A DNA stretch of 64,000 nucleotides, from positions 7,982 to 71,981 of the forward strand of contig UQBM01000004.1 in NCBI GenBank assembly GCA_900539265.1. The letters are read 5' to 3'. This document shows, one piece after another, positions 1 to 9,813 of the stretch. Under the pieces are notes generated by a model. That model had not been told where the DNA came from and ran no database searches. It was given only the letters and a program-made list of their open reading frames with translations. Source of the DNA: an uncultured Mollicutes bacterium (lineage in GTDB: Bacteria > Bacillota_I > Bacilli_A > ML615J-28 > CAG-313). Each line of letters starts with the position of its first letter. Position 1 is the first letter of the stretch. Both the position numbers and the translations under genes were made by a program.

Positions 1-2
1 TA

Positions 3-1244
3 ATGTATATTAGTAGAGTGATTGAAAATACTATAAAAAATTTTTCAAATGAATTTTCTGTTATTGTTGTTACAGGTGCTAGACAAGTTGGTAAATCTAC
101 ATTGCTTCAAATGATTAAAGAAGATGATATGAATTATGTTACTTTAGATGATTTAGATGCAAGAACACTGGCAAAAGCAGATCCAAAATATTTTTTAGAA
201 CAATATGGATATCCTTTAATTATTGATGAAATACAATATGCTTCAAATTTATTACCATATATAAAAATAATAGTAGATGAATATCGTTTAAAATCTTTAA
301 AAAATAATACTAAACAAAAAGCTTTGTTCTGGTTAACTGGTTCTCAACAATTTAGATTAATGAAAGATGTAAGTGAATCATTAGCGGGTAGAATTGGGGT
401 TTTAAATTTATACTCATTATCTAATAGTGAAATAAATAAAAGCAATGTTGGTCTATTTAGTCCTAAATTAGATGTTCTTAAAGAAAAACAAAAAAATAGT
501 ATTGAAAAGAAAGGTAATGTATTTGAAAGAATATTTAATGGTGGTATGCCAACTGTTGTAAGTAATATAGCAGAAAGAAATAATTATTTTTCTTCTTATG
601 TTAATACATATATTGAACGAGATGTAAGAGAATTATTAAATGTTGGAAAAACATTAGAGTTTTATAATTTTATGCAATATATAGCTGTTAGAACTGCCCA
701 AGAATTAAATTATGCTAATATCGCAAAAGAAATAGGAGTAGATTCGAAAACAATTAAAAGTTGGATTAGTATATTAGAAGCATCTGGTATAATATATTTA
801 TTACAACCATATTATTCTAATGTTTCAAATAGAATCATTAAAGCTCCTAAATTATATTTTATGGATACTGGATTATGTAGTTATTTAGCAAAATATCCAA
901 ATCCTGAAACCTTAGAAGTTGGAGCATTATCTGGAGCAATTTTTGAAACATTTGTTGTGAGTGAAATTATCAAAAACTTTTCAAATTATGGAATAGATCC
1001 AAAAATTAATTTGTATTACTATCGTGACAAAGATCAAAAAGAAGTTGATTTAGTTTATGTAGAAGGAAATACTTTATATCCAATAGAAATAAAAAAAGGT
1101 ATAAGTCCAAATAATCCAGATAAAAACTTTAGTGTCTTAAAGAAATACAGTGATGATGTTAGACCAGGTATTGTTATTTGTTTAACGCAAAAACTACAAC
1201 CAATAAACAAAGATTGTTGGTTATGCCCAGTTAATTTAATATAA
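3..1244 (+). CDS. AAA+ ATPase of the AAA_14/DUF4143 (COG1373) family
   Basis: 413-aa ORF. Walker A-like motif GARQVGKST near the N-terminus and a DUF4143-like C-terminal region; typical size for this family. Confidence 0.7.
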   Translation: MYISRVIENTIKNFSNEFSVIVVTGARQVGKSTLLQMIKEDDMNYVTLDDLDARTLAKADPKYFLEQYGYPLIIDEIQYASNLLPYIKIIVDEYRLKSLKNNTKQKALFWLTGSQQFRLMKDVSESLAGRIGVLNLYSLSNSEINKSNVGLFSPKLDVLKEKQKNSIEKKGNVFERIFNGGMPTVVSNIAERNNYFSSYVNTYIERDVRELLNVGKTLEFYNFMQYIAVRTAQELNYANIAKEIGVDSKTIKSWISILEASGIIYLLQPYYSNVSNRIIKAPKLYFMDTGLCSYLAKYPNPETLEVGALSGAIFETFVVSEIIKNFSNYGIDPKINLYYYRDKDQKEVDLVYVEGNTLYPIEIKKGISPNNPDKNFSVLKKYSDDVRPGIVICLTQKLQPINKDCWLCPVNLI

Positions 1245-1367
1245 TATATTGTTTATTAAATGCTAAATTGAAGGTAGAATAGTTTAAAGATTTATTGTTG
1301 AATCATCAAATTATAATTGCAGGTAAATATAAAGTTTGATTGTAACCGGTCGATATTGAATGATAAA

Positions 1368-1397
1368 GTGTAGTAATCATGGTTACTGCACTTTTTT
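1368..1397 (+). terminator. Rho-independent terminator after the ATPase gene
   Basis: GTGTAGTAA-tcatgg-TTACTGCAC hairpin (9 bp with one G.U) followed by TTTTTT. Confidence 0.5.
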
Positions 1398-1857
1398 ATA
1401 TGTGTTTTTGTTATATATCTAACGTTGAATTTGTCCATTTAAATTTTGAAAAAAACAGGTCAATTTAATGAAAAAAGGGGCATATTGTACTGTATTTGTG
1501 TTAAAAAACGATATTTTGCACCATTAGTAGATGTCTATAAGTCTTCTGAAAAAGAAGGCTTTTTTCACTTTTTAGGCCTAAATTATCAAAAATCTTAAGA
1601 AAATATCCAAAAATGATGGTAAAAAGTGCTCAAAAAAAGACTTTTTGTCATACACAACCTAGTGCGATTATGCAAGGATTCGAACCTTTAGGTAAAAATG
1701 GCCTATTTTTGTGTAAATTGTTAAGTGACTTTTTATACTAACGATACCCTTTGAATAACGGGGTTCGAACCTATTGATTGAAAAATTACTACAAATAGTG
1801 TATAATGAAATATATAAAACATAGAAACGAGATAGTTTATGATAGAGTATAGAAAAG

Positions 1858-2325
1858 TTGATATTTCAGAAAAAGAACAAAATATATACAGTTCAAGAAG
1901 CAATAGACAGAAAAGAGTTTTTTGTTCCTTTTAGAGATGAAGATATTGATACAATGTTTGATAAAGACAAAGCTGTTACATATGGAGCATATGATAATGG
2001 TAAACTTATTGGAACAGCACAGTTTTATTTAGGTGATGAATTTGTTGATGATATAAAGAAAGTTATAGGTATTAGTGAAACAATTGCAGGAGAGTTTGGA
2101 GGAGTACTAATTTTACCTGAATATAGAGGTAAAGGTATCATGAAACAATTTTCAGCTATAATAATAGAAGAAGCAAGATTAAGAAATTATGATTATATAG
2201 TATCAGTAGCACATCCAGAAAATATAGCATCTAATAGATCTATATTATTTACTGGAGCAAAATTAATTAAAACTGATTATTTAGGTAAATATTATAGAAA
2301 TATGTATTTGTTAGATTTAAAATAA
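1858..2325 (+). CDS. GNAT family N-acetyltransferase (TTG start as in ORF track)
   Basis: 155 aa. Motif LPEYRGKGI matches the GNAT acetyl-CoA-binding motif A (R/Q-x-x-G-x-G/A). No in-frame ATG near the 5' end, so the start is uncertain. Confidence 0.55.
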   Translation: MIFQKKNKIYTVQEAIDRKEFFVPFRDEDIDTMFDKDKAVTYGAYDNGKLIGTAQFYLGDEFVDDIKKVIGISETIAGEFGGVLILPEYRGKGIMKQFSAIIIEEARLRNYDYIVSVAHPENIASNRSILFTGAKLIKTDYLGKYYRNMYLLDLK

Positions 2326-2653
2326 AATTATAGTTATAAAGAATAAAACCACTTAAAGGATTAATATTCCAATGGGTGGTTTTTATGCTTTGTGGACCGA
2401 TTGTAGAGCCTGTAGCAGTTCTTTAAAATTATATCGAACAACAAACTAGAGTAAAAAGGAAACGAGGGTGTTGGCAATTTTATAAGGTTTTAATCTATAT
2501 AAAATAATATATTAATTGTTAGACTCATATGTTTTGTTTATATGAAAATAGAAAGTCCAAAGTTTATATAATTTAAGTAATATAAAATTTTCTAAAATAT
2601 GACAAAAAACCCATGTTATTTTTACTTCGTGACAATTTTTTTCTCAAAAAGCT

Positions 2654-2681
2654 TGCAATTGTGTTTTTTATGTGTTATAAT
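2654..2681 (+). promoter_or_regulatory. Sigma-A-type promoter for the hsd operon (TTGCAA, 16 nt, TGtTATAAT extended -10)
   Basis: TTGCAA at 2654-2659 and TGtTATAAT at 2673-2681, 33 nt upstream of the first ATG (2714). CGTGACAA motifs flank it at 2628-2635 and 2687-2694. Confidence 0.4.
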
Positions 2682-2713
2682 TTACTCGTGACAAATACAT
2701 AGGAGGTATTGCT

Positions 2714-3292
2714 ATGGTAGTAAAAGATATAGCGATTGTTGGAAGTGGTCTTGTAGTTTCAAGAAAAAAGGCAATTCACACAAAAGATATCATCAAGTCA
2801 TACAAACAATTAAATCTTAGAGCAATCAATAAAAATGGATATATAGAAGAACAGGAATTAGAAATATTAAATGTAAAAGAAATTATAGATGATTATTATC
2901 TTACACATGAAGGAGATATAATTGTTAGATTAACTGATCCTTTCACTGCTATATATATTAGTAAAGATATGGAAAATATTGTAATCAGCTCAAACTTCTG
3001 TGTAATAAGATGTTCAGAAAATTACTGCCCTGATTTTTTATCTTATTATATAAATAGTGATTCTGCAAGAAAATCATTATTAAGTAATCTGCAAGGATCT
3101 ATAATGAAGAATATAAATATGTCTGCAATTGGAGAAATGGAAATCCCGAATATCCCTTTAAAGAAACAGCATATAATTGGAAATTTGTTTAAAGCACAAA
3201 CACAAAAAATTATTATATTAAATAAAATACAAGAAAAGGAAGATAAATTACAAAAAGCTATTTTAGTAAAAATAGAAAATATGGAGGATTAA
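2714..3292 (+). CDS. hsdS: Half-size Type I R-M specificity subunit (single target-recognition domain HsdS)
   Basis: 192 aa. C-terminal IPNIPLKKQHIIGNLFKAQTQKII resembles the conserved HsdS central/coiled-coil motif (iPlPpl.EQ..Iv). Only one TRD is present. GGAGG RBS; sits directly upstream of hsdR. Confidence 0.6.
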   Translation: MVVKDIAIVGSGLVVSRKKAIHTKDIIKSYKQLNLRAINKNGYIEEQELEILNVKEIIDDYYLTHEGDIIVRLTDPFTAIYISKDMENIVISSNFCVIRCSENYCPDFLSYYINSDSARKSLLSNLQGSIMKNINMSAIGEMEIPNIPLKKQHIIGNLFKAQTQKIIILNKIQEKEDKLQKAILVKIENMED

Positions 3293-3294
3293 TA

Positions 3295-6200
3295 ATGAAT
3301 AGTAGTAAAATGTTAGAAAAAAATATATCCCAATATCCAGCACTAGAATTATTTCAAAAATTAGGTTATAAATATATTTCTCCAGAAGATTGTATTGTAC
3401 AAAGAAAAGGCACATATGGGTGTATTCTTCAAGATATTCTTAAAGAACAATTAAAAAAATTAAATAGTTATGAATATAATGGGAAAGTTTGTAAGTTTTC
3501 AAATTTTAATATTGAAAAAGCAGTTTCAGATTTAGATGTACCAATTCAAGAAGGTTTAATTGTTGCTAGTGAAAAGGTATATAATCTTCTTACTATGGGA
3601 AGAAGTTATGTAGAACAAGTAGATGATAGAAAAGTATCATTTGATTTAAACTATATTGATTGGCACAATTTTGAAAATAATGTATTTCATGTAACTCAAG
3701 AATTTGCTGTAGATAGTCACACAGGCGAACATAATGCAAGAGTTGATATTGTTTTATTTGTGAATGGGATCCCTTTTGCAGCTATCGAGTGTAAATCTGG
3801 TGTAGAATCAGTAGATCAAGCAGTGGAACAAAATATTAGAAATCAAACAGATTTTTATATACCTCAATTATTTAAATATGTTTCACTTGTAGTAGCATGT
3901 AATAAAAATGAAGTCAAATATGGAACAACTAGAACAAAAAAGAAATTTTATTCAGTTTGGAAATTTGAAAATGATGAACCAGTTGAAATTGAAGAAAAGA
4001 TTAATAACTTAAAATTAGGAAGATTGGCGACATATCAAGATAAAATATTCACAGCTATGATGACTCCTGAAAGATTGATTGAAATAGCAAGATATTTTGT
4101 TTTATTCGATGCAAACGTTAAAAAGGTGTGTAGATATCAACAATATTATGCTGTAAAAAATATCATTTCTACAATACAAAAATATGATTCAAATAATAAT
4201 AGACAAAGTGGTATAATTTGGCATACACAGGGTAGTGGTAAGTCACTAACTATGGTTATGATAGCAAATTATATATTAACTAATATTAATCCAGGTAAAA
4301 GTAAAGTTGTAATTGTTACAGATAGAAAAGATTTAGATAAACAAATTGCAAGAACGTTTAGCAATACTAAAATTAAACCTGCAAGAGCTATTAGCGGTAG
4401 AAATTTGGTTGAATTAATTTCAGAAGGAAAAGCAGACGTTATAACATCTATAATTAATAAATTTAATACAGCAGAAAAGTTCAATACGAGAGTTGATGAA
4501 AAAGATATTTTTATTTTAGTAGATGAATCACATCGTAGTAATTATGGTGAGTTAGCTGTTAAAATGAGAAGAGTATTCCCTAATGCTTGTTATTTAGGAT
4601 TTACAGGTACACCACTAATGAAAAACGATAAAACTGCTATGAAATTTGGTGGACACTATATACACAAATATACAATTAAAAATGGTGTTGATGATAAAGC
4701 TATTGTTCCATTAGTTTATGAAGGAAGATTTGTGGAACAAACAGTTGATTCTACAAATATAGATTTATGGTTTAAGAAAACATGTAGCAAACTTAACGAT
4801 AAACAAAAAGATGAACTAAGCAGAAAATGGAGTTCAATCCAAAAACTTAATAGTACTTATGCTAGAATTGAAAGAATAGCCCTTGATATAGATGAGCATT
4901 TTACAAATAATATTAAGGCAACTGGATTTAAAGCTATTTTAGCAACAAATTCAAAATTAGATGCAGTTAGATATTATAATACATTTAAACATTTTAGTGA
5001 ATTAGAAGTAGCAGTTTGTATTTCATCACCAGATATGAGAGAAGGATATGAAGATTTAGATGAAAGCAATCTTCCTGAAGTACAAAAATTTTGGAAAGAA
5101 ATGATGGAAATATATAATGATGCCGATGATTATGAAGAAAGTATCAGAAATAAGTTTGTAGATGGAGACCTAGATATATTAATTGTATGTTCAAAATTAC
5201 TTACAGGATTTGATGCACCAATATGTCAAGTTTTATATATTGATAAGCAATTGAAAGAGCATGGTTTATTACAGGCGATTGCAAGAACTAATCGACTATA
5301 CGAAGGAAAAGATTATGGATTGATTGTTGATTATAGAGGGTTGCTTCCACAGTTAAATGACGCAATGAATGTTTATTCTGGGGACAATGGTTTAGATAAG
5401 TTTGATAAAAAAGATTTAGAAGGGCTTATTACAGATGTATTAACTTCGGTCGCTGGATTAAGACAAGCGTATACAAATCTCGAAAATAATTTTATTTCTA
5501 TTGAAAATAAAAATGATGAAGAAGAATATGAAGTATATCTAGAACAACATGAAGATATTAGAAATAAATTTTATAATGATTTATGTGAATTCGGAAAAAA
5601 ATTATCATTGGTGTTAGGGAGTGAAAATGCCTATACAGCTATTGTAGATAGTGATCCTAAAGAGATAAAACTATATAAAGATAAATTTATCTTTTATTCA
5701 AAATTAAGAGTAATGATTAAGAAAAGATGTGCCGAAACAATAGATAATAAAGACTATGAAAATCAAATGAGAAATTTATTAGATAAACATTTATCAGTTG
5801 TCGGTTTAAAAATTCTTACAAAACCATTAGATATTATGAATAAAGGAGAATTAGAAAAAGAAATTGAGGATTTAGGAAGTAAAGCGTCAAAAGCAGATGC
5901 TATAAGATATAACTTAAGTAAAAATATTTCAGTTAATTATGACACTAATCCTGCTTATTATGATAGTTTTTCAAAAAGAATTAAAGATGTACTGGAACAA
6001 TACAAAGAAAAAGTAATAAGTGATGCAGAATATTTACAAGCTATGAGTAAAATATTGGATGATTTTAGAACAAATAAGAGTGGAATATCTTATCCAAAAT
6101 CAATTCAACAAAGTGTTCATGCTCAAGCGTTTTATGGTGTAATTCTTCCTATAATTAATGAAAACGAAGAATATGATATTAATTTAATTGGAGAAATAGC

Positions 6201-6396
6201 AATTAAAATTGCTGAAATAATTCAAGAACATACAAAAGTTGATTGGAGTAATAACGTTGATATACATAATAATATTGCTCAAGATATTGATGATATGTTT
6301 TATGAATATGAAAAACAAGGGGTCATAAAGTTATCTTTTGATAAGATTGATAAAGTAACAGAAAATGTTACAACAGTTGCATTAAAGAGGTTTTAA
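3295..6396 (+). CDS. hsdR: Type I restriction enzyme R subunit (HsdR)
   Basis: 1033 aa. SF2 helicase motifs: GSGKSLTM (Walker A), DESHRS (DEAH-like motif II), GFTGTPL (motif III). Its position in the hsdR-hsdM-hsdS cluster supports the call. Confidence 0.9.
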   Translation: MNSSKMLEKNISQYPALELFQKLGYKYISPEDCIVQRKGTYGCILQDILKEQLKKLNSYEYNGKVCKFSNFNIEKAVSDLDVPIQEGLIVASEKVYNLLTMGRSYVEQVDDRKVSFDLNYIDWHNFENNVFHVTQEFAVDSHTGEHNARVDIVLFVNGIPFAAIECKSGVESVDQAVEQNIRNQTDFYIPQLFKYVSLVVACNKNEVKYGTTRTKKKFYSVWKFENDEPVEIEEKINNLKLGRLATYQDKIFTAMMTPERLIEIARYFVLFDANVKKVCRYQQYYAVKNIISTIQKYDSNNNRQSGIIWHTQGSGKSLTMVMIANYILTNINPGKSKVVIVTDRKDLDKQIARTFSNTKIKPARAISGRNLVELISEGKADVITSIINKFNTAEKFNTRVDEKDIFILVDESHRSNYGELAVKMRRVFPNACYLGFTGTPLMKNDKTAMKFGGHYIHKYTIKNGVDDKAIVPLVYEGRFVEQTVDSTNIDLWFKKTCSKLNDKQKDELSRKWSSIQKLNSTYARIERIALDIDEHFTNNIKATGFKAILATNSKLDAVRYYNTFKHFSELEVAVCISSPDMREGYEDLDESNLPEVQKFWKEMMEIYNDADDYEESIRNKFVDGDLDILIVCSKLLTGFDAPICQVLYIDKQLKEHGLLQAIARTNRLYEGKDYGLIVDYRGLLPQLNDAMNVYSGDNGLDKFDKKDLEGLITDVLTSVAGLRQAYTNLENNFISIENKNDEEEYEVYLEQHEDIRNKFYNDLCEFGKKLSLVLGSENAYTAIVDSDPKEIKLYKDKFIFYSKLRVMIKKRCAETIDNKDYENQMRNLLDKHLSVVGLKILTKPLDIMNKGELEKEIEDLGSKASKADAIRYNLSKNISVNYDTNPAYYDSFSKRIKDVLEQYKEKVISDAEYLQAMSKILDDFRTNKSGISYPKSIQQSVHAQAFYGVILPIINENEEYDINLIGEIAIKIAEIIQEHTKVDWSNNVDIHNNIAQDIDDMFYEYEKQGVIKLSFDKIDKVTENVTTVALKRF

Positions 6397-6398
6397 AA

Positions 6399-7121
6399 AT
6401 GAAGTATGAATTTTCTTATAACGGAAAAACAATAGCTTATGAAATAATTTATAAGAAAGTAAAAAATATCAATATAAGAGTTAAACCAAGTGGAGAAGTT
6501 GTTGTTTCTTGTAATGAATCAATTGATAATAAAACTATTGAGTTAGAAATGATTAAACGAGCAAACTGGTTATTGGATACTATTGATAAATATAAAACAA
6601 ATTTAATTGAATTCGTTGATTCAAATCTTAGTTTGGTTGATGGAGAAGCTTTCTTAATATTAGGAAAAGTATTAAGAATTAAAAATATTGAATCAAATCA
6701 GTTTAAAATTGACTATGATAATAACTATTTATACATTTATAGACCAAATCAAAGAGGTATAAAGATGAAATTCAATCAATGGTATTTAAATTTTGTTACT
6801 TCCCAATTTAATGATATGGTAAATAAAGCATATAAAAAGTTTGAAAAATATGGTATTGTAAAACCAGAAGTTATTTATAAAAATATGAAAACTAGATGGG
6901 GAACTTGCAATATTGAAAAAGCTTTAATAACATTAAATATTCAGTTAATTAAAGTAGACCCATTTTTAACTGAGTATGTAATATGTCATGAATTGACACA
7001 TTTAAAATATAGAAATCATAATAAAGATTTTTATACATTCTTAACAGCAATGATTCCAGATTGGAAACAAAGAGAACAAATTTTAAACAATATTTTTATA
7101 AATAATTTAGGAGGTATTTAA
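6399..7121 (+). CDS. YgjP-like (DUF45/M48-type) zinc metallohydrolase embedded in the R-M operon
   Basis: 240 aa. WGTCN...ICHELTHLKYRNHNKDFY matches the WGSC and HExxH motifs of the YgjP/SprT-like family. Translationally coupled between hsdR and hsdM. Confidence 0.75.
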   Translation: MKYEFSYNGKTIAYEIIYKKVKNINIRVKPSGEVVVSCNESIDNKTIELEMIKRANWLLDTIDKYKTNLIEFVDSNLSLVDGEAFLILGKVLRIKNIESNQFKIDYDNNYLYIYRPNQRGIKMKFNQWYLNFVTSQFNDMVNKAYKKFEKYGIVKPEVIYKNMKTRWGTCNIEKALITLNIQLIKVDPFLTEYVICHELTHLKYRNHNKDFYTFLTAMIPDWKQREQILNNIFINNLGGI

Positions 7122-7122
7122 A

Positions 7123-8634
7123 ATGACAACTAAAGAAGATATTCAAAAAGTCTTATGGAACGCTGCAGGAAGTTTTAGAGGAAAAATTGATAGTGGTAAG
7201 TATAAAGATTATATTTTATCAATGCTTTTCGTAAAATATTTAAGTGATGCGATTAAAGAAACGAAAGAAGAACTTATTAAAAAATATAATGGTGATGAAG
7301 AAAGAATTCAAAGAGCTTTACAAAGAGGAAGATTCTTTGTTCCTGATGAAGCAACATTTGATTACTTATATGATAATAAAAAGGCAACAGATATTGGAAG
7401 TAAAATTAATATTGCTTTAAAGGCAATTGAAAATGCAAATGGCGGTAAATTAAGAAATATCTTTGGCCAAATTGATTTTAATTCTCAAGAACTTGGAGAT
7501 GGAAGAGAGAAGGTTGCATTATTAAGTAACTTCCTTGAAGATTTCAGTTCTATTGATTTAAGACCAAGCCAATTAGAAGGTGTTGATGAAATTGGTAATG
7601 CTTATATGTATATGCTTGCAGTTTTTGCTAGTGATGCAGGTAAAAAAGGTGGCGAATTTTATACACCTGAACAAGTATCAGAAATCCTTGCGAGAGTCGT
7701 AGAACCTAAAGAAAATGATCGTATTTATGATGGTGCTTGTGGTTCTGGTTCTTTATTAATTAAAGCATTCAATCAAGTGTCTAATAGAAAAGCACAAATT
7801 TATGGACAAGAGAGAAACTTCCAAACTTGGGGTTTATGTAGAATGAATATGTTTATTCATAACATCGATGATGCTATTATTTATCAAGGTGATACTATTT
7901 CAAACCCTCAAAATATTGAAGATGGAAAGTTAATGCAATTTCAATGTATAGTTGCAAATCCACCATTCTCATTAGATAAATGGGCAAATGGTTATGCAGC
8001 AGATAGTAATGACAAAGATTTCAAAATGTCAAAAGAACTAGACCCATATAAACGTTTTGATTGGGGTGTTCCACCAAAAAGTAAAGGTGACTATGCTTTC
8101 ATACTTCATATGTTGCATTGTCTTGATGGTAATAATGGTAGAATGGCAATAATTATGCCTCATGGTGTTTTATTCAGAGGAGCAAGTGAAGGCGAAATTA
8201 GAAAGAAACTTATTGATCTTAACTTATTAGATGCTGTAATTGGATTGCCTGCTAACCTTTTCTACGGAACAAGTATTCCTGCTTGTATTCTTGTATTTAA
8301 GAAAAATAGAGCAAATAAAGATGTTGTTTTTATTGATGCATCAAAGGACTTTGAACAAGGTAAAAATCAAAACAAATTAAGACCTGAAGATATTGATAAG
8401 ATTGTATCAACATATAAAGCAAGACAAGAAGTTGAAAAATATTGTCACATAGCAAAAATAGATGAAATTAAGGAAAATGATTATAATTTAAATATTCCTC
8501 GTTATGTAGACACATTTGAAGAAGAAGAACAAATTGACATTCATGCAGTAATGGCAGAAATTAAAGAATTAGAAAAACAAAGAACAGAACTTGATAAAGA
8601 AATAGAGGGTTATCTTAAGGAATTAGGATTATAA
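7123..8634 (+). CDS. hsdM: Type I R-M N6-adenine DNA methyltransferase (HsdM)
   Basis: 503 aa. NPPF catalytic motif (VANPPFS) and an AdoMet-binding-like DGACGSGS motif; HsdM N-terminal domain. Confidence 0.9.
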   Translation: MTTKEDIQKVLWNAAGSFRGKIDSGKYKDYILSMLFVKYLSDAIKETKEELIKKYNGDEERIQRALQRGRFFVPDEATFDYLYDNKKATDIGSKINIALKAIENANGGKLRNIFGQIDFNSQELGDGREKVALLSNFLEDFSSIDLRPSQLEGVDEIGNAYMYMLAVFASDAGKKGGEFYTPEQVSEILARVVEPKENDRIYDGACGSGSLLIKAFNQVSNRKAQIYGQERNFQTWGLCRMNMFIHNIDDAIIYQGDTISNPQNIEDGKLMQFQCIVANPPFSLDKWANGYAADSNDKDFKMSKELDPYKRFDWGVPPKSKGDYAFILHMLHCLDGNNGRMAIIMPHGVLFRGASEGEIRKKLIDLNLLDAVIGLPANLFYGTSIPACILVFKKNRANKDVVFIDASKDFEQGKNQNKLRPEDIDKIVSTYKARQEVEKYCHIAKIDEIKENDYNLNIPRYVDTFEEEEQIDIHAVMAEIKELEKQRTELDKEIEGYLKELGL

Positions 8635-8648
8635 AGAGGTCATGACTA

Positions 8649-9806
8649 ATGAGTGAAAAAACAATCAATAAAGTCCCTAATGTTCCCAATTTAAGATTCT
8701 TCAATGATGACAACACTTGGTCAAATTCATCTCTTGAAAAAAAGTGTAAATTTGTTGGTGGTGGGACACCATCAACATTGAATCAAGATTATTGGAATGG
8801 AGATATTGCATGGATATCATCAGCTGATTTACTTGAAGAAAATGTTCATAAATACAATGTAAGTCGATTCATAACAAAAGAGGCCATAATGAATAGTGCC
8901 ACAAAAATATGTCCTATTAATACGATAATGATAGTGTCGAGAGTTGGTGTGGGAAAAATAGCAATTAGTAATTCTGAAATATGTACTAGTCAAGATTTTA
9001 CAAATCTCACAGAATATCAATTTGATAAAAACTTTTTAGTTTATTCACTTAAAAACACTATAGAAAAACTTAAAAATTCATCTCAAGGAACATCAATAAA
9101 AGGAATTACATCAAAAGAGATAAAGCAAATAAATATCTTCTATCCAGAAATAATCGAACAATGTAAAATAGGATTGTTTTTCAAAAAAATAGATGAACGA
9201 ATAGAGTTTCAAAGCAAAATCATTAACAAACTTGAATCCTTAATATGTACTTTAAGGTCTACAATTTTTAATAGTTATAACTGGGAATGGAATAGATTAG
9301 ATACTTATATTAAATCTGGTATTATTACATTAAAGCGTGGAAACGTTATTCCTAAACATGATGAGGACAGTGAATTTAAATTTCCAGTATATTCGTCATC
9401 AATACATAATAATGGTTTAATGGGTTATAACAATTCATACATGTTTGATAAAGAATTAATTACATGGTCTGTTGATGGTGGTGGAAACTTCTTTTATAGA
9501 CCTAAGCATAAATTTAATGTTACAAATGTCTGTGGAATTATGGAAATAACAGACAATTCATATAATTATAGATTTTTATCAGAAATTCTTTTAGCACAAC
9601 ATTCAAGACTTATATTCGATTATCAAACAAAAGCACACCCTAGTGTTATTGAGAAATTATATAAAATACCCAATGTGGATATAAAAATTCAAGAAAAAAT
9701 AGCTTATATATTTGAGCTTTATTACACAAAGTTACAAAAAGAAAAAGATATACTTTCACTTTATAAAAAGCAAAAAGCATATCTTCTCCAAAATATGTTT
9801 ATATAA
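8649..9806 (+). CDS. hsdS: Type I R-M specificity subunit (HsdS), expressed copy with two TRDs
   Basis: 385 aa. N-terminal KVPNVPNLRF conserved motif; central IDERIEFQSKIINKLESL and C-terminal conserved repeats typical of HsdS. Confidence 0.85.
   Translation: MSEKTINKVPNVPNLRFFNDDNTWSNSSLEKKCKFVGGGTPSTLNQDYWNGDIAWISSADLLEENVHKYNVSRFITKEAIMNSATKICPINTIMIVSRVGVGKIAISNSEICTSQDFTNLTEYQFDKNFLVYSLKNTIEKLKNSSQGTSIKGITSKEIKQINIFYPEIIEQCKIGLFFKKIDERIEFQSKIINKLESLICTLRSTIFNSYNWEWNRLDTYIKSGIITLKRGNVIPKHDEDSEFKFPVYSSSIHNNGLMGYNNSYMFDKELITWSVDGGGNFFYRPKHKFNVTNVCGIMEITDNSYNYRFLSEILLAQHSRLIFDYQTKAHPSVIEKLYKIPNVDIKIQEKIAYIFELYYTKLQKEKDILSLYKKQKAYLLQNMFI
8674..8698. repeat. Inverted repeat IR1, left copy (5' end of expressed hsdS)
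   Basis: TCCCtAATGTTCCCAATTTAAGATT. It is the reverse complement of 10925-10949, with 20 contiguous identical nt plus 4 more after one mismatch, and it encodes the shared PNVPNLRF segment. Confidence 0.8.
9210..9226. repeat. Inverted repeat IR2, left copy (central conserved region of expressed hsdS)
   Basis: CAAAGCAAAATCATTAA. A 17/17 reverse-complement match to 10358-10374, lying between TRD1 and TRD2. Confidence 0.6.
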
Positions 9807-9813
9807 ACATATT
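9792..9813. repeat. Perfect 22-bp palindrome at the tail-to-tail junction of the two hsdS genes
   Basis: AATATGTTTATATAAACATATT is its own reverse complement. It contains the stop codons of both convergent hsdS ORFs, and both end in ...NMFI. Confidence 0.85.

Noticed and set aside
1660-1790. Possible tRNA gene
   Set aside because: Only T-loop-like 11-mers are present. I could not fold acceptor, D or anticodon arms on either strand. Kept as a low-interest finding, not as a tRNA feature.
4269-4484. Short antisense ORFs inside well-supported genes (4269-4484 -, 8829-9020 -, 12643-12897 -, 21595-21819 -, 22336-22536 +, 23111-23299 -, 25018-25236 -, 26683-27045 -, 27995-28186 -, 33829-34035 -, 36237-36428 -, 39156-39407 -, 43643-43930 -, 44931-45128 +, 48750-48935 -, 49612-49806 -, 50844-51062 +, 52638-52841 +, 53316-53696 -, 58809-59003 +, 60630-60839 -, 63345-63626 -)
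   Set aside because: All lie within, antisense to, or out of frame with conserved housekeeping or long CDSs. They are AT-rich and low-complexity, and have no RBS or homology, so I treat them as chance ORFs.
9182-9226. Longer central IR between the two hsdS genes based on the shared protein motif IDERI..QSKII
   Set aside because: The DNA encoding IDERI differs between copies (gatgaacgaata vs gatgaaagaatt). Only the 17-nt CAAAGCAAAATCATTAA core is identical, so I report that alone as IR2.
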